A stretch of 64,000 nucleotides of DNA from Octopus vulgaris. Lineage: Eukaryota. The position numbers were made by a program, and so were the translations under genes. Where the stretch lies: assembly GCA_951406725.2 (NCBI GenBank), contig OX597831.1, forward strand, positions 49,166,001-49,230,000. Direction: 5' to 3'. The notes beneath the pieces are model-generated. The model was not told the origin of the DNA. It ran no database searches and saw only the letters and a program-made list of their open reading frames with translations. Of the stretch, positions 26,310 through 40,467 are shown in pieces. Numbering within the stretch: position 1 is the first letter of the stretch; every line of letters starts with the position of its first letter.

Positions 26310-26473
26310 ACGGGGTGAGCGCGAACGCAGACCCCACACTTAGAAATAGCGCACCCGAGTCGCCCACATTTGGGGCGATCGCAAAGGTCAACCCAACCGG
26401 AGTGCAATGGAAGGGCCTCACTTTGGGAGAACCACCTAGATGATCATGGTTTACTCCTGTGCCAGGTAAGTAT
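26310..26473 (-). ncRNA. RNU1: U1 snRNA gene, type B flank, unit 2
   Basis: Same 164-nt U1 sequence. Confidence 0.97.
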
Positions 26474-28270
26474 GTTATTTTGGCATTCACTAATCTCATA
26501 TAAACGATATTTGCATTGTATCTTCACTGATATTGCCTCTAATATTATCTTGAAATATTAATTTTTCAGCAAATTTCATTATATTTATTATATCTCAACT
26601 ACTACAACTCATTATTTCTAATTCAATGGTTGCGTAAATTAATGGTTTAACTTCTTGAAATATTATAAAATTTAGAAATTATAGCCTTGTTTAATACAAC
26701 AGTAACGGCAAACAAACAAGGGAGATAATTCCAGTTTTATTTGTAAGTTTACTGATAAAAATATTTACTGTAATACATTTACTACTACAAAACGAGTCAA
26801 CGAAAAAGTCATTACAAGGTCGCTAGACAAGCTAGATATAACAACCAAATCTTCCTGACAAGTTGTGGTGCACCTGAGCACTGTATACAATAATTTCATT
26901 ATTATTTTATATACACAATGATTTTTTTTTCTTTTTAGAAAAATAAAGAGATTTGGTAATATAATTTTAGACACAGATATAACTAGGTTTTGTCAAGTAT
27001 GGAATATTTTTCATCATAGTCCTGATTGACTTGATAGGTCAATAACTATCAGAAAATTGATGAAAGCATAGAGAAAAAGAGAAATGATAAGGGGAGAGAT
27101 GGCAACAGAAGGGTGGGTGGGGTAGAAAGCAGAGTTAGAAAGGGATTTTGGTATGCCATGTTATAATTCATAATTTAAACCACTGGGTCTTAACTGGGGT
27201 CATACAAGTTTTGTTGTTAAAATTTATGAGCAAGAAACTGGTTATATTTCTATAATACATAACATATATATTTTTTTATACAATTCCTAATAATATTTAA
27301 TCATAAAAATATAGTAGGAATTTTTATACATCGAATGACTATGACAGTCCCTGCTTCCTGAGTAAAATAGGAATCAACAGGGACCATAAGCAAAAAATTG
27401 GTTGATAATCACCGATTTAAACTGAATCAGTGAAGTTAATAGGCAGAGCAGCATGGTGTAGTGGACGTGTACTGAGCCCATAACTTATAGGTTACTAGCT
27501 TAAAAGCCACACTCCGGTAGGACATTTAAACTAACCACTGCAGAGAGCTAATTGGGCCTGTGGCTCAAAACTAAAGAGAGCTAAATAACATGATTATAAT
27601 ACATCTATAGGCGAGCTGCCAGAATCGTTAGCACACCGTACGAAATGCTTAGCGGCATTTCGTCTGCCGGTGGATTTTGATTTCGAATTCTGCCAAGGTT
27701 GACTTTGCCTTTCATCCTTTCAGGGTCGATTAAATAAGTACCAGTTATGCACTGGAGTTGATGTAATCGACTTAAACCCTTTGTCTGTCCGTGTTTGTCC
27801 CCTCTAGCTTTAGCCCCCTGTGGGCAATAAAGGAATAATAATACATCTATAATGACTATATGCCCTGGTGGTGTTTGATCAGAGGTTAAGGATGGACGAG
27901 AATTAATTCTGTAATGTAGTCATTCTATTGTTCCAGTCCCAAGTTGAATTCCAACTGTTGGCTGATTCATCCCAAAGTTCTTATCTCAACGTATAATTTA
28001 CTAAGAAAATGTCATTTATTTGCCCCTTGATCTCTGATGTCATCTGAATCAGCCAAGCTTTACCTGCTAGAAATAGCAACCCAAATGCTTTTAAATCAGA
28101 TTCCAATTCTGTATGTTCAAGAACCAAATGAAGGATAGATTTTCAATCCCGGGATCATCCTGATTCCATAAAGGCATAATATGTCTATGAAGAGCAAATG
28201 AAGCAAATGAAGCTGAGTCACTTATGTTTATGTAATGTTTGTGCATGTATTATGTGTTTGTGTACATGTA

Positions 28271-28836
28271 TTGGGTTGTCCGGAAAGTTTGTGCCGATTT
28301 ATAGTAGCTTACCTTTCGACTTATTTTAGAACATGGTTGAGTCCATAAAACAGGATTTGACTATACCTCCATTTAGAGCACAGTTTAAGCTGTCTTTTCG
28401 TGGAAGAAGATTTATGTTCCTATAACCTGTGTTAATTCTGTAACCCTTTAAAATGGAAGATAAGAAAGTCCATTTTCGGCACTTGATACTTTGGGAACCA
28501 GACAAAAATTGCTGCAGCTCGGTTGGGATGTGTTACCCCACCCTCCATATTCACCAGATATTGCTCCTTCAGATTTCCACTTATTTAGGTCTCTGCATAA
28601 TAGTCTTAGTGATAAAAATTTCAATTCCTTGGATGACGTAAAAAGATACCTTGATGAATTCTTTGCCATGAAACCACCTCAGTTCTGGGAAGAGGGTATT
28701 TTCAAGTTAAAGGAAAGATGGAGACGCATTGTGCAACAAAATGGTTCATATTTGGTTGATTAAAGATGTAATGGCAAGTATTTATTGACCTTTTTCTTTC
28801 CTTTAAAAATCGGCACAAACTTTCCGGACAGCCCAA
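28271..28836 (+). mobile_element. Internally deleted mariner, unit 3 copy
   Basis: Same TIRs, TA flanks and YSPDIAPSD motif. Confidence 0.93.
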
Positions 28837-29381
28837 TATATTTTTGTAAGTACTATGTTTATGCATTTTTGTGCATATATGTGTTTATGTGTGTATGTAT
28901 ATCTGTGTGTATAAGTGTAAGTATGTATTTATGTGCATGTATGTATATTTGTGTATGTATGTTTATACACGCATACATAAACAATACTTACACAAATATA
29001 CATATATACACACAAACACTTAATACATACACAAAATATACATAAACATAAGTAATTCAGCTTTTTTTTAATTCTTTTATTTGTTTCAGTCATTTGACTG
29101 CGGCCATGTTGGGGCACCGCCTTTAGTTGAGCAAATCGACCCAAGAACTTATTCTTTGTAAGCCTAGCACTTATTCGATCAGTCTCTCTTGCCGAATTGC
29201 TAAGTGACGGGGATGTAAACACACCAGCATCGGTTGTCAAGCGATGTTGGGGGGACAAAAACAGACACACAAACATATACATACATATATATATGTATAT
29301 CCGTAATAATGAAGAGTGAAATTAATTAATTTGGAAAAATTATCAATTACACCAAGTAGTCTTCGGTATGTAAAAGCCTCA

Positions 29382-29421
<40 letters not shown>

Positions 29422-31043
29422 TGGGCTTCTTTCAGTTTCCATCTACCAAATCCACTCACAAGGCTTTGGTCGGCCTGAGGCTAGAGCAGAAGACACTTGC
29501 CCAAGGTGTCACACAGTGGGACTGAACCCAGAACTATGTGGTTGGTAAGCAAGCTACTTACCACACAGCCACTCCTGTGCTGAAAAGTAAAATTAAAGAA
29601 ATAAGTTTTTTCTTTGCTGCTTATTTTAACCAAAAGTTTGGCAATTATTTTACTCATTGCATTACTGTGATGAATCCATTTATATAATAATGGTGCTTTT
29701 TAGTAATGCAATATGCAGAAGAGATTGATATTTGAACACACAACAGACTGAGAACACATGATATTGTCAATATTTTTTTTCTATTCTTGTCATTTCTCAA
29801 TCTTTTGTAATACAAATCTCTTAACATTTACACCCATATAAACGCTTCATTTCTTCTGACACAGTATCAAACAATGTTGGATACAGGCAGTGGCTGTATC
29901 GTTATTAAACTGAATTTCTAATATTTGTCTCTAACTCAGTTATACCAGAGTAGTTAAGTGAGAGGAGAATTTGATTAATGTTCTATTATTTTCAACTGTA
30001 TATAGAGTTTATACCTTTTGTAATGGAGAACAAAGGTTAAGTAATCCTGATATCATCCCTAACATTTGCAAACACTAGTAAAGTTAAATAGCTTCTTGAA
30101 TCATACCAACTCATTTGGGCCGGTTTCCTGATTTCATGGTGTACATATTCCCCACCTTGATGGGATGCTGGTCCATCGCAAGATTACTCATTTTTGCCAC
30201 ATAACTCCTTAGTATACATACTGTGTTGTAAGTACTCGGTCACCGTTGTTGTGCTCTTTGAATTGAGCATTGTTTGCGTTGTGGTTGTCAAAACTCAGTT
30301 TAATAAAATTATAACCGTACATCGATTTTCTCGTTACATACTTTCTTTTTTGGTCTCGGTTTGAAAATGTGAAATAAAGTGTTTTACTCAAGAACACAAA
30401 ATGTCGTCCAGTCCAGGAATCAAAACCAGTACCTTATGATCATCAGTTCAATACCCCAAACATTAAGCCATGGGCCTCTACAGTTGCAAACACTGTCAAT
30501 GAAACTATGACTTGCCTGAGAAATAAGGTAACAACAGTAACATTGACAGCTGAATTTACCATTAATTTTGTTTATGTATATAAAATATTACATCTAAAAC
30601 AGCTTTTAAAATTTAGTTACCCAATATGTGCAGGTGTGGCTGTATGGTAAGAAGTTAGCTTCCCAACCACATGGTTTCAGGTTCAGTAGGTAGGCCTTGT
30701 GTCTCAAAACAATCTTTTGGTTCTGTGCACATGTTTGGCCTATTTTATAAAAATATGTAATGAAGCCTTACAAATGCCCAACGAACTTTGACAAGCTGTG
30801 ATCTCATGGCCTGTTTCATCTCGTTCACTGCACTTCAGTCGTTCAAAATATTTAAAGTCCTTCTTATAGTCTAGTGGCTTATCGTTGGGAGTGATCAGTG
30901 TAAGGTAGCTGGAGTGAGATATGATTTTAAGATTTGCCTGTTTTGCATAATTGCTCTATGTTGGTGAAAGCCTCTAAAAAGCAATTACAAATACAAAGTC
31001 CTCTTGTGCCCAGAACTAAGGTACAAATAGGCTCTGTTTTACT

Positions 31044-31450
31044 CTTTTATGCTTTTACTTGTTTCAGTCATTTGACTGTGGCCATGCTGGAGCACCACCC
31101 TTAGTTGAGCAAATCGACCCCAAAACATATTCTTTGTAAGCCTAGCACTTATTCTATAAAATTTTTCCTGAACCGCTAAGTTATGGAGGTGTAAACACAC
31201 CAGCATTGCTTGTCAAGCAATGTTGGGGGGACAAACACAGACACAAAAACACACACACACACATATATATATACATATACATATATATACATATATATGA
31301 CGGGCTGCTTTCAGTTTCCATCTACCAAGTCCACTCACTATAGCCTGAGGCTATAGTAGAAGACACTTGCCCAAGGTTCCACACAGTGGGACTGAATCTG
31401 GAACCATGTGGTTGGTAAGCAAGCTACTTACCACACAGCCATGCCTGCGT
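31044..31450 (-). mobile_element. Full-length SINE of the same family (truncated equivalents at ~4730-4966 and ~17408-17641)
   Basis: Head and tail both present; units 1 and 2 keep only the tail half. Confidence 0.85.
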
Positions 31451-31740
31451 CTATACAAACTTTTTTATATTATTTGTTATTCTTATTAATTTTGTTTTCA
31501 GGTATATCTTTTTATCTTTTACCTATTTCAGTTGTTAGACTACGGCCATGCTGGGGCATCACTATGAAGAACCTGTAGTTGAATTAATCGTCCCAAAGAC
31601 TTATTTTTTGTTCAAGCCTGATACTTATTCTATTGGTCTCTTTTTGCTGAACTGCAAAGTTACAGGGACATAAACAAGACATAAACTGGTTGTGAAGCAG
31701 TAGTGGGGACAAACACAGACACAAAGACATATACATATAC

Positions 31741-31838
<98 letters not shown>

Positions 31839-31939
31839 TCAGTAATAATAAAGGGTGAAATTAATTAATTAGGGATAATTATCAATTACACCAAGTAGAT
31901 TTCGGCATGTAAAAGCCCCATTCGAGGAAAATTTAAGTA

Positions 31940-32206
31940 ATACTAAGTAATTAAGGGTTTAGCAACGAATTGCCTCACCAACACACCGAATTTAGAAATA
32001 GCAGTCAAAGAGATATAGCTATTCCTTCTACTAAAAGGGGGATCTCAGTAAAAACACAGCACCTGTCTGTGTTTGCCTTTCAAGTGCTGTGTTTTTACTG
32101 AGATCCCCCTTTTAGTAGAAGGAATAGCTATATCTCTTTGACTGCTATTTCTAAATTCGGTGTGTTGGTGAGGCAATTTGTTGCTAAACCCTTAATTACT
32201 TAGTAT
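31940..32206. repeat. Near-perfect inverted repeat (123-bp arms, 21-nt loop) in an element between (TA)n tracts
   Basis: 31940-32062 versus 32084-32206, one mismatch seen. Confidence 0.92.
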
Positions 32207-32396
32207 ATATATATATATATAATGGGTTTCTTTCAGTTTCCATTAACTAAATACACTCTCAAGGCTTTTGTTGGCCATACTGTGGGACCAAACCTAGAGC
32301 CACGTGATTTGGAAACCAGATGTTTACCATACAGCCATGCCTGAGAATTTTGGCTGTTGTTTTTTTCGTGTGTTTTTACCTGCATGTTTACAACAG

Positions 32397-32480
32397 GAAA
32401 GGAACCAAAAGAAGGGACCAAAAAGGGACAAAAAGCAAGCAAAAAACTATCTGTGGAAGAAAAGCAAAAGTTAAAAATCG
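32397..32480 (+). other. Candidate orphan coding exon (84 nt, phase 1-1; GKEPKEGTKKGQKASKKLSVEEKQKLKI)
   Basis: Pyrimidine-rich tract plus CAG acceptor, open Lys-rich frame, GTTTGT donor. The donor is deleted in units 1 and 2. Confidence 0.4.
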
Positions 32481-32924
32481 GTTTGTATCTTTTATCTTTT
32501 ACATGTTTCAGTTGTATTTATTATCAAAATAAAGATGAAGGTGTATGGCTTAGTGGTTGGGGGTATTCGGCTCAAGATCGTAAGGCTGTGAATTTGATAC
32601 CTGGAGGTGTGTTTTGTCCTTCAGTAAGAGACTTTATTTCATGCTGCTCCAGTCCACTCAGTCAGTGAAAATGAGTTGTACCTGTAGTTCAAAAAGTTCA
32701 TCCTTGTCACATTCTGTTTCACACTGAATCCCCACTGAGAACTATGTTAAAGGAACAGATCAACTGGCATAGTTATTGTCACAACAGACGGAATGCTAGA
32801 GTAAAGGTATTTCACAAAAATGAAACTGATTTTGTAAGCTAAACATTCATCTTATTAAATAAAAGCCACGAATACTTAGAAAAAAGTGGTGAATTTTTGT
32901 ATTTGTTATTTCAATTATTAACAA

Positions 32925-33833
32925 CTAGCAGTATAGCCCGGCGTTGCTCAGGTTTGTTTTTTTAGTTGCGCTTAAAATGGCAGACTTTGATGTGGCATTA
33001 AGAAAGTTTTGACATAGTTTCAATCTATGAATAAAAGTACAGTGTGGCGATGCTTGAGTTTGCTCTGAATGTGCTGCAAATGTGTAATGCCGACTTCAAT
33101 TGTTGGTTAATATTCCTTCTATTAACATGATGGAGAAAAAAATTACCTGTAGATTTAAATCAAAATGAAGCTCAAGTTTCGAACTGTACTGAAAATCTAT
33201 TAAGAAGTTAACACTGCAACTGTATTCATTAAGAAAAAGTACAGGAGAATCCAAAATGTTAGTAAGAACAGTTTGTGGTTACAAAAAAAAACAAAAATGT
33301 TATTTTGAAGCTAAACAGGTGGGCAACATGAATCGTGGTTGTACCTGTAAAATGAATAAAATCGACTATTTTACTTCACGTATAACTAAAGCAATCTGTA
33401 AAATCAAAACATACCCATTGAAGGTTTGGCTTGAACATTGTAGATAGTAACAGCATGCAGATCGCACAAATTCTTTTCGACCCTTTAGAATTGGAATTTT
33501 TGAAAAGTAAACATTTTGCATTATGTAGCTTGTTCTCTTTAAGTGAACATTTTTCTGGTTGAAATACATCGAAAAATGGCGACACAGCAGTAAAACAATC
33601 GTAAAAAATAGTGATTTTCATAGAAAAAAAGCACTTTTTTGATGTAAATAATTTTTGGTTTTAACATAATCCGATTTGAATTTTTTCTTCTATGGAATGA
33701 AGAGCAAGCCTTCTTCTATCATACTCTCAATTTTGGTCAACTTGTGCTACAGGGTCTAGGAGGAGATAGTGTTAGTTGAAGGCTACCAAACCTACCACAC
33801 ACACACAGACAACTTCAGCTTTATAGATATAGA
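32925..33833 (-). mobile_element. Related non-autonomous Helitron with a different interior (unit 3 only)
   Basis: Shares the 3' hairpin/CTAG end (ctagcagtatagcccggcgttgctc) and the 5' TC end (ctttatagatataga|t). Confidence 0.75.
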
Positions 33834-33945
33834 TTATCTGTTTTCGTTCAGTATGTTTTACTCTGTTGTTCACCATTTTATACTTACAAAGATTGATACG
33901 ATTCTGAAAGACTAGATATTGGGCATGGGCATGGCTTTGTAGATA

Positions 33946-34300
33946 GGTGCAGGTGTGTCTGTGTGGTAAGACACTTACTTCTCAGTCACATGGCTCAGGG
34001 TTCAGTCTCATTGAACTTTGGGCAAGTGGTCTCACCAAAGCCTTGCAAGTGGATTTGGTAGTTGGATGGAAACTGAAAGAAGCCTGTTTGTGTCTGTGTT
34101 TGTTCCCCAACACTTCATGACAGCCAGTGTTGGTGTATTCATGTTCCTGTAACATAGCAATCTGGTAAAAGAGATTGATTGGATAAGTACCAGGCTTTGA
34201 AAAAAATGTATCGGAGGTCGATTCATTCAGCTAAAAAATTCTTGAGGCTGGTGCCCCAGCATGGCCACAATCTGATGACTGAAACAAGTAAAAGATAAAA
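33946..34300 (+). mobile_element. Older, diverged SINE of the same family
   Basis: ggtgcaggtgtgtctgtgtggtaag...gggttcagtc...gactgaaacaagtaaaaga. Confidence 0.7.
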
Positions 34301-34655
34301 GGTATCATGTTAGAAAATAGAAAACAAAATAGTCATAGCTGGTAAGCCTTTAATCATAAATCCATTATGGCAATACCTACATCAAAAACACGACAAGTTT
34401 TGATCCTCTGCAAATGAAAAAAGAAATATTTATACATACAGGACCTTGTCCTTTTGTAAAACGCTGAAGTTAGTAGAGAGAAGAGGTGCTGGATTTGATG
34501 CTTGAAAGTAACTCACAGTTTTTATCTTTATTGTAACTGAGTAACTAAAGGAAAAATAACACTGTGTAACAAAATATTTAGTTTTTTTCTTTAGTAAGTT
34601 ATTTTCTATTTGACACCAATGTTTTGAAACTGACCTATTTTCCATTACATTTTAG

Positions 34656-34688
34656 ACAGATCCAGTTCTGAATTGCTGAAGCAGAAAT
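34656..34688 (+). other. Candidate micro-exon (33 nt, phase 1-1; DRSSSELLKQK)
   Basis: CTGAC branch-like motif, TTTTAG acceptor, GTAATT donor; in frame with the 32397-32480 candidate. Confidence 0.3.
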
Positions 34689-35282
34689 GTAATTATACCT
34701 AATATTCTGCTGAATACTACAGATTTGCTTGTCAGTTGATTGACCTTAATCGCTTGAGCACGTCCCTTAGGGGCTGACAATAGGTGCATCTCTGATCACG
34801 AGCAGGAGTTATGGGGTAGCATCATAGCCATGTGTTGAGACGGATTTTTGGCGGTTTGAATAAATGTAATAAAAGCAAAGTTTAGAGGAAATATTTGCTA
34901 TTTTTCATACTTTCTAGGGGGTAAGTAAATAGGAAATTACAGTTGATATCTAAGGACAAAAATTGTGTGACACTGTAATCATTAAAAAAATTCAAGAAGT
35001 TTCGTGAGCAGTTAAAAAGAAGTAATATAAAAAAATATCTTGTGTTTTAGGAGAATAATTAAACCAATAATAATAAAGACACAAGATTTGTCTCAGTACA
35101 CGAATTCGCATCAAGAATCTTGCAACCCAAGTACAGAAACAAAATAATTAAGATATTTACAATTTCTATCTCCCTTGAATCATTTAAGGTCTAAGGGAGA
35201 TAACCTCAAGCATTCTTTTGTATTGGAACAGACGAAACTTGAATTGAGTTTTGCTGAGTCGCCAAGTTACGAGGTAAATAAA

Positions 35283-35327
<45 letters not shown>

Positions 35328-36427
35328 GCGCGCACGCGCGCACGCGCGCACGCACGCACGCATGCACGCACGCACGCACACACAACTCAATTGAAGAATT
35401 AGACTTTACTTTTATATTTTCACTAACGAACTGGAATACTTGATTCGAATTTCATCAAAATTGGAGATTAAGAATTTTAATGAGGGTTCTTTCCTGGTTT
35501 ACACATCCTAACAAAAATTCTAATCATGACATATTTATCCCATACTACTAATCTTTATGTCAAAGGTTTTTGCCCCTGAAAAATGGAGCACATGAAGCTC
35601 TAAAATGTGTGAGTTAAGGTCTCTATTAAGGGGTCCTTAAAGTCAACTAGAGAAGTTGAATTGTTGAGAATCTTTTTTAACTTGTGTTTATATCTATTGC
35701 TCAAATTTCTTTGAAATCGGAAATATATGAATGTTCACTGGGTTTGTGAAAGCTAAGGGAAACCAAAAGACGAATGATCACCATAAGCAGTCAGCTACCC
35801 TACCCTAGTCGTTACCACTCCCCAATGTAGGATTCCTCACCGTATAGGTGACCGGCGCAGCCATAAGATGCATTACAGATCTATAGTAATTGGAAGGGCG
35901 TGACCCAACTCAAATTAAACATTAACAACTGTGTGATGTGAGGGCTAAGGGGAAATGAAAGTGTCACCTCTGGATTTTGCCAATGATCACTATGTCGATA
36001 GGTAACTGAACGGAATAAATTTGCAATCTATAAATATCTATGAATGACCAATCACTTATCTGGAAAGCCTTTGAAAACAATGTTACCATCTGAGGACTAT
36101 CTCTGACCCAGTGATAAAAAAAAAACAAAAAAACTCGAAGGAGGCTTGCAACCAAATAACTTTACTCAAAATAACACTTTGCAACTGAATCAGTGGAGGC
36201 AAAGATGCCTCCCCTTCACTTGACAATTTATGCACCACATTGCAGAAATCACAATCTAAGTATATCTCAAAGCAAACTCTCTCACTGTTGTACTATTGAA
36301 TTACAAATAACACTCATCTTGTATCCTTGGGTTACTCTACAGCTTCCAAGAGTGCAATTGTATTCATCTTATCTTAGGAAAAATGACTAAATTTTTGGGG
36401 TTAAATCCTCATTAAGGGGTCTTACTG

Positions 36428-37313
36428 ACTTCTAAACATGAGACAATGGCCCTAGCCCGAGAGATAACCTCTCCCATTGACATAGAGTGAATTTTCGGCA
36501 GCTTTTGCAGCTCGACCGACACATGGCCAGGAAATCCAGTCACAAAGGCTAATTTTACGGATTGTTTTAACGTGCCATCTCTATATCCCACGAGTCTAGC
36601 CACTCTCCTGATTTCGTTGGCAAACACATCGACCTGTTCGCCCCTCCACTTTGTTTTCCCCAGTCGACCATATGCCATAAATGGTCCTTCTGTGAAAACC
36701 TCCATCAGCCGGCCTTCTATTTTTTCTGCGCTCAACTGGTCCTTCTCTTCCATTTCCAGGTGTAGCGCCAACGTCGATCCACCGAGGTACAACGGTATAA
36801 AACTAGCTAGATCATCTGTATCTTGGAGTCTTGCCACCAACTTAATATTTTGCAGTCAAGCGGTAATATCTCCCCCACACAAAATGGCCTAAATGTCTCA
36901 TTCGAAACACGGAACAAACCAATCACTTTTTTTTTCTCCTCTGAGCCGAAATAGCTTGTGTTGTAAAGGAAGAAAAAAAGTCAGAAGCGAAAAGAGAATT
37001 ACCGTAGTCTTAGCTGTCGGTCCAGAGAAAGGGTCACTTTCAACATCCACGTCTTGTCACGTTCTCCAATGTTCACTCCACGTCCTTGTGCGCTATCCGT
37101 TCCTCTACCGTCTCACACGTCCGATCTGATGTGCTGTTCGCCGCCGACTGACTCTCGTGCTTCACTGAATGCCGTATATCCACCGCGGCACTTCCAGTGG
37201 TTTCCACAGACCTCACTTCCGATCCTTCCCTACAACACAGCAAGGCTCATAACACCACATTATTGTTGCTTATATCCCACCAATAGACCGCGCGTGTGTT
37301 ACTTTCGGCAACA
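36428..37313 (-). mobile_element. Gypsy-like relic with an apparently complete 5' LTR (37070-37313) and gag fragment
   Basis: LTR termini TGTT...AACA, internal TATAAG, PBS-like TTGGAGAACG and the 142-aa gag-like ORF 36412-36840. Confidence 0.72.
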
Positions 37314-37882
37314 TAATTCCATAAAATGTGTTTAATGAGAGAAAAAAACATCAATAAATGTGAGAGTGTAAACGAGGATGGTGGTCTTGGGATGTGCTAA
37401 AAACAACAGCCAAATCTCACTTAAATCGCAGACCTTTTCCTCTGAAAATACTTATCTTGTATATTTATAATAAAAAAATGGGACAAGAACGCAAAACATC
37501 CAGTTAAGTGATACAAAAACAGGGACAACAAAACATCCAGAGAGACGATACAAAGAAAACAAGGACGGGTCATTCAGAGTCTTCTTTCCTCAGGCGAGTT
37601 CGAGATTATGTTTGCAATTTCGGCTGGATATACACGAGATTGCTCCAATCTGGCCAGCCCCAAGGAAAAACGAAGCTAAGAGGACTAGATTCATACATAT
37701 ATATGAACCAAACAGGCTCCTTTCAATTTCTTGAAGTGCCAAAATCGGTCAAGATTGGAATGGTGAGGAGTGAAAGAATTACATTTCACTAGAAGAGATG
37801 CTTCTTTTCATTTCAACGACTGTATTGAAATTTAAAAAAATGCAGGTAGAAAAATTCCGATAGTCTATTTTTCGATTATACG

Positions 37883-38046
37883 ACGGGGTGAGCGCGAACG
37901 CAGACCCCACACTTAGAAATAGCGCACCCGAGTCGCCCACATTTGGGGCGATCGCAAAGGTCAACCCAACCGGTGTGCAATGGAAGGGCCTCACTTTGGG
38001 AGAACCACCTTGATGATCATGGTTTACTCCTGTGCCAGGTAAGTAT
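37883..38046 (-). ncRNA. RNU1: U1 snRNA gene, type A flank, unit 3 (loop I GAUCAUCAAG, loop II AUUGCACACC)
   Basis: 164-nt U1 with two substitutions relative to copies 1-4. Confidence 0.96.
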
Positions 38047-38805
38047 GTTTTTTCGGCGTTCACAAATCTCATATAAACGATATTTGCATTGTAACTTCAC
38101 TGATATTGCCTTTAATATTACCTTGAAATATTAATTTTTCAGCAATTTTCATTATATATATTAGAACTCAACTGCTACAACTCATTATTTCTAATTAAAT
38201 GATTTAGTAATATAATGCTTTAATTTCTTGAAATATTATAAAATTTTAGAAATTATAGCCTTGTTTTATCCAACAGTAACGGCAAATGAACAAGGGAGAC
38301 AATTCCAGTAAGTTTACCGATAAAGATATTTACTGTTATACAAAACGAACCAACAAAAGAGCATCTTACATGATCGTTAGGCATGCTAGATATAACAGCA
38401 AAATCTTCCCCCAAATTACACACAATGGTTTCTATTTTTTACAAAGATGAAAACTAACCGGGGCCAAGTGGTGGTGCTGGACAAATAGAGCATACACACA
38501 CGCACGTATATGATATCTGTATATATACCAGTGTATATACAACCGGTTGATTGATGCCCGGAATAAGTAATATCGTGTTTCGTTGAAATATAGACATACA
38601 TTCAAGACACGATTATGTAAAACAAGTAAAACATTATTATTCAAGTATTAACCATTTTACTACGAATTACAATATTTTATAAAACAAAACCACTGACGGA
38701 AGACTTTTACAATCAATGTCTGTAGCGTAGTTGGGGAGCAGGATAAATATATATACACACATATATTATATGTTACATTCTCCAAGATATATATATATAT
38801 ATATA

Positions 38806-39555
38806 TGTAACGGCAGAAATTGATTAGTAAACAATATTATGATGTGTCCAAGTCAGCAGTTGTAACGATCAAAAGTTGTTATAATTGTTTACTGTAGGAT
38901 GTGAAAGATGAACAATGCATGAAGTTTTAAGGAAAAGTTTATTTACCGTTACGTTACAATACCTTGCCTCGACGAGCAGGTTATGATAAATCCAAAAGCA
39001 TGCGAAGTAAAGTTTGTGTTTGTGTCCTCTACATTGTTTAGTAGTAATTACAGAGAGAGATAGAATGATGTTGTAAGATAACAGAATTGGAGCTAGTGAG
39101 AGTGAGACAGTTTGGGACGTTGTCTTTCTTTTTCCCTCTGGCCGTTTTGTCTGCCTGCTTCCATGATTCTAGTGGTTGGTTCACTAACTGATGATAGCTC
39201 TCTCTCAACTCACGAGTTGTCACCAAAGTGACTAACTGATATTTACTTTGGGTATGCTTGCTTATATAACTATCCAGAAGGCTAGATATATCATTGAGAA
39301 CAATCGATTTAGTTGGTGGTCTTGTTATCTCTATTCTAGCTTTTGGTGAAGTAGAAGAGGTTAGAGAGGGTCAAGCGGTGAAGACTTTATTTCGGCCTAG
39401 CTAAAGGCATCTGGAAAATATAAAACTGCTGTCAGAGAAAAACCATTGTTCCACCGTGGGAAAAGTTCTGCTGCAGTGATAATTTAAATTTGGCTATGGT
39501 GGATCGAATCCACTTCATACATACAAGATTCACTACAGATACATATCACAGTCTC

Positions 39556-39560
<5 letters not shown>
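38806..39560 (-). mobile_element. Possible solo LTR inserted in (TA)n (unit 3 only)
   Basis: Flanked by (TA)n; minus strand has TATATAAG, then AATAAA, and ends CGTTACA. The other end is not a clean TG. Confidence 0.35.
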
Positions 39561-39596
<36 letters not shown>

Positions 39597-40467
39597 AACG
39601 AACCATATAATTCACACTCTGGAAAAGTTTTTCTGTAAAATATTGGGAGTGGTTAAAATTTCCGAGGCTTCCACCTCACCCCGTTTTTCTATTCCCCAAA
39701 ATGGTTTTGTAGCATATTAGGTCACAGAAATACATTCAACGAAAAAAGAAAATTCCCAATGATTCCCGCTCGCCCCCCTTCCTTACCGAACTAAAATAAG
39801 GGATCTGCAGCATATTAGGAGGTACTAAGTACTATGTTTATGCATTCTTTGTAGATTTATGTATGTGTTTATGTGTGTAAGAACTGTTTATGTATGTGTG
39901 TGTAAATACTGTTTATGTATTATGTGTTTGTGTGTATGTATATTTATATGTAAGTAATGTATGTGTGTGTGTGTTTGTGTATGTATGTATATACACACAT
40001 GTACAATATATACAACCGACGATGTGTGAAGAAGATGGTTTTTACCTCGATTTCTCTCCCTACGAAGATATTCAGACAAGTTTACAGACGAACACGAAAA
40101 TCACAGACAGACAGACAGATAGATATGTTTCCTTATTAGCCACACAGGGCTGCACACAGACAGGACAGATTACAAAGTAGAGCTTTTCTATTTTTGGTAA
40201 AAAAAAAAAGTGGGGTAAGTTTTCGATCAAAAGGGAAAGAAGAAAAAAAAATGGATAAAAAACAAACTTTGCTACTGATGTGGCATGTGGGTGGGGTTAG
40301 CACTTGTCGTCAGTACGACAACCAAAAGAGATAACGAACATGTGAGTGTAGTGGGAGCATTTAAGTGATAACAAAAAAGTTTCTACTAGACAACTCTTTG
40401 AATTACGGGTGAGAGCGACTGAAACGTGAGAAAATTTCCTCATTTACGTCTATTTTTGATTGATATG

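Larger units (their letters stand above)
12828..27409. repeat. Tandem segmental duplication unit 2 (~14.6 kb; longer because of a ~2 kb RTE insertion)
   Basis: Colinear with unit 1; U1-A offset 14598 and U1-B offset 14583 relative to unit 1. Confidence 0.95.
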
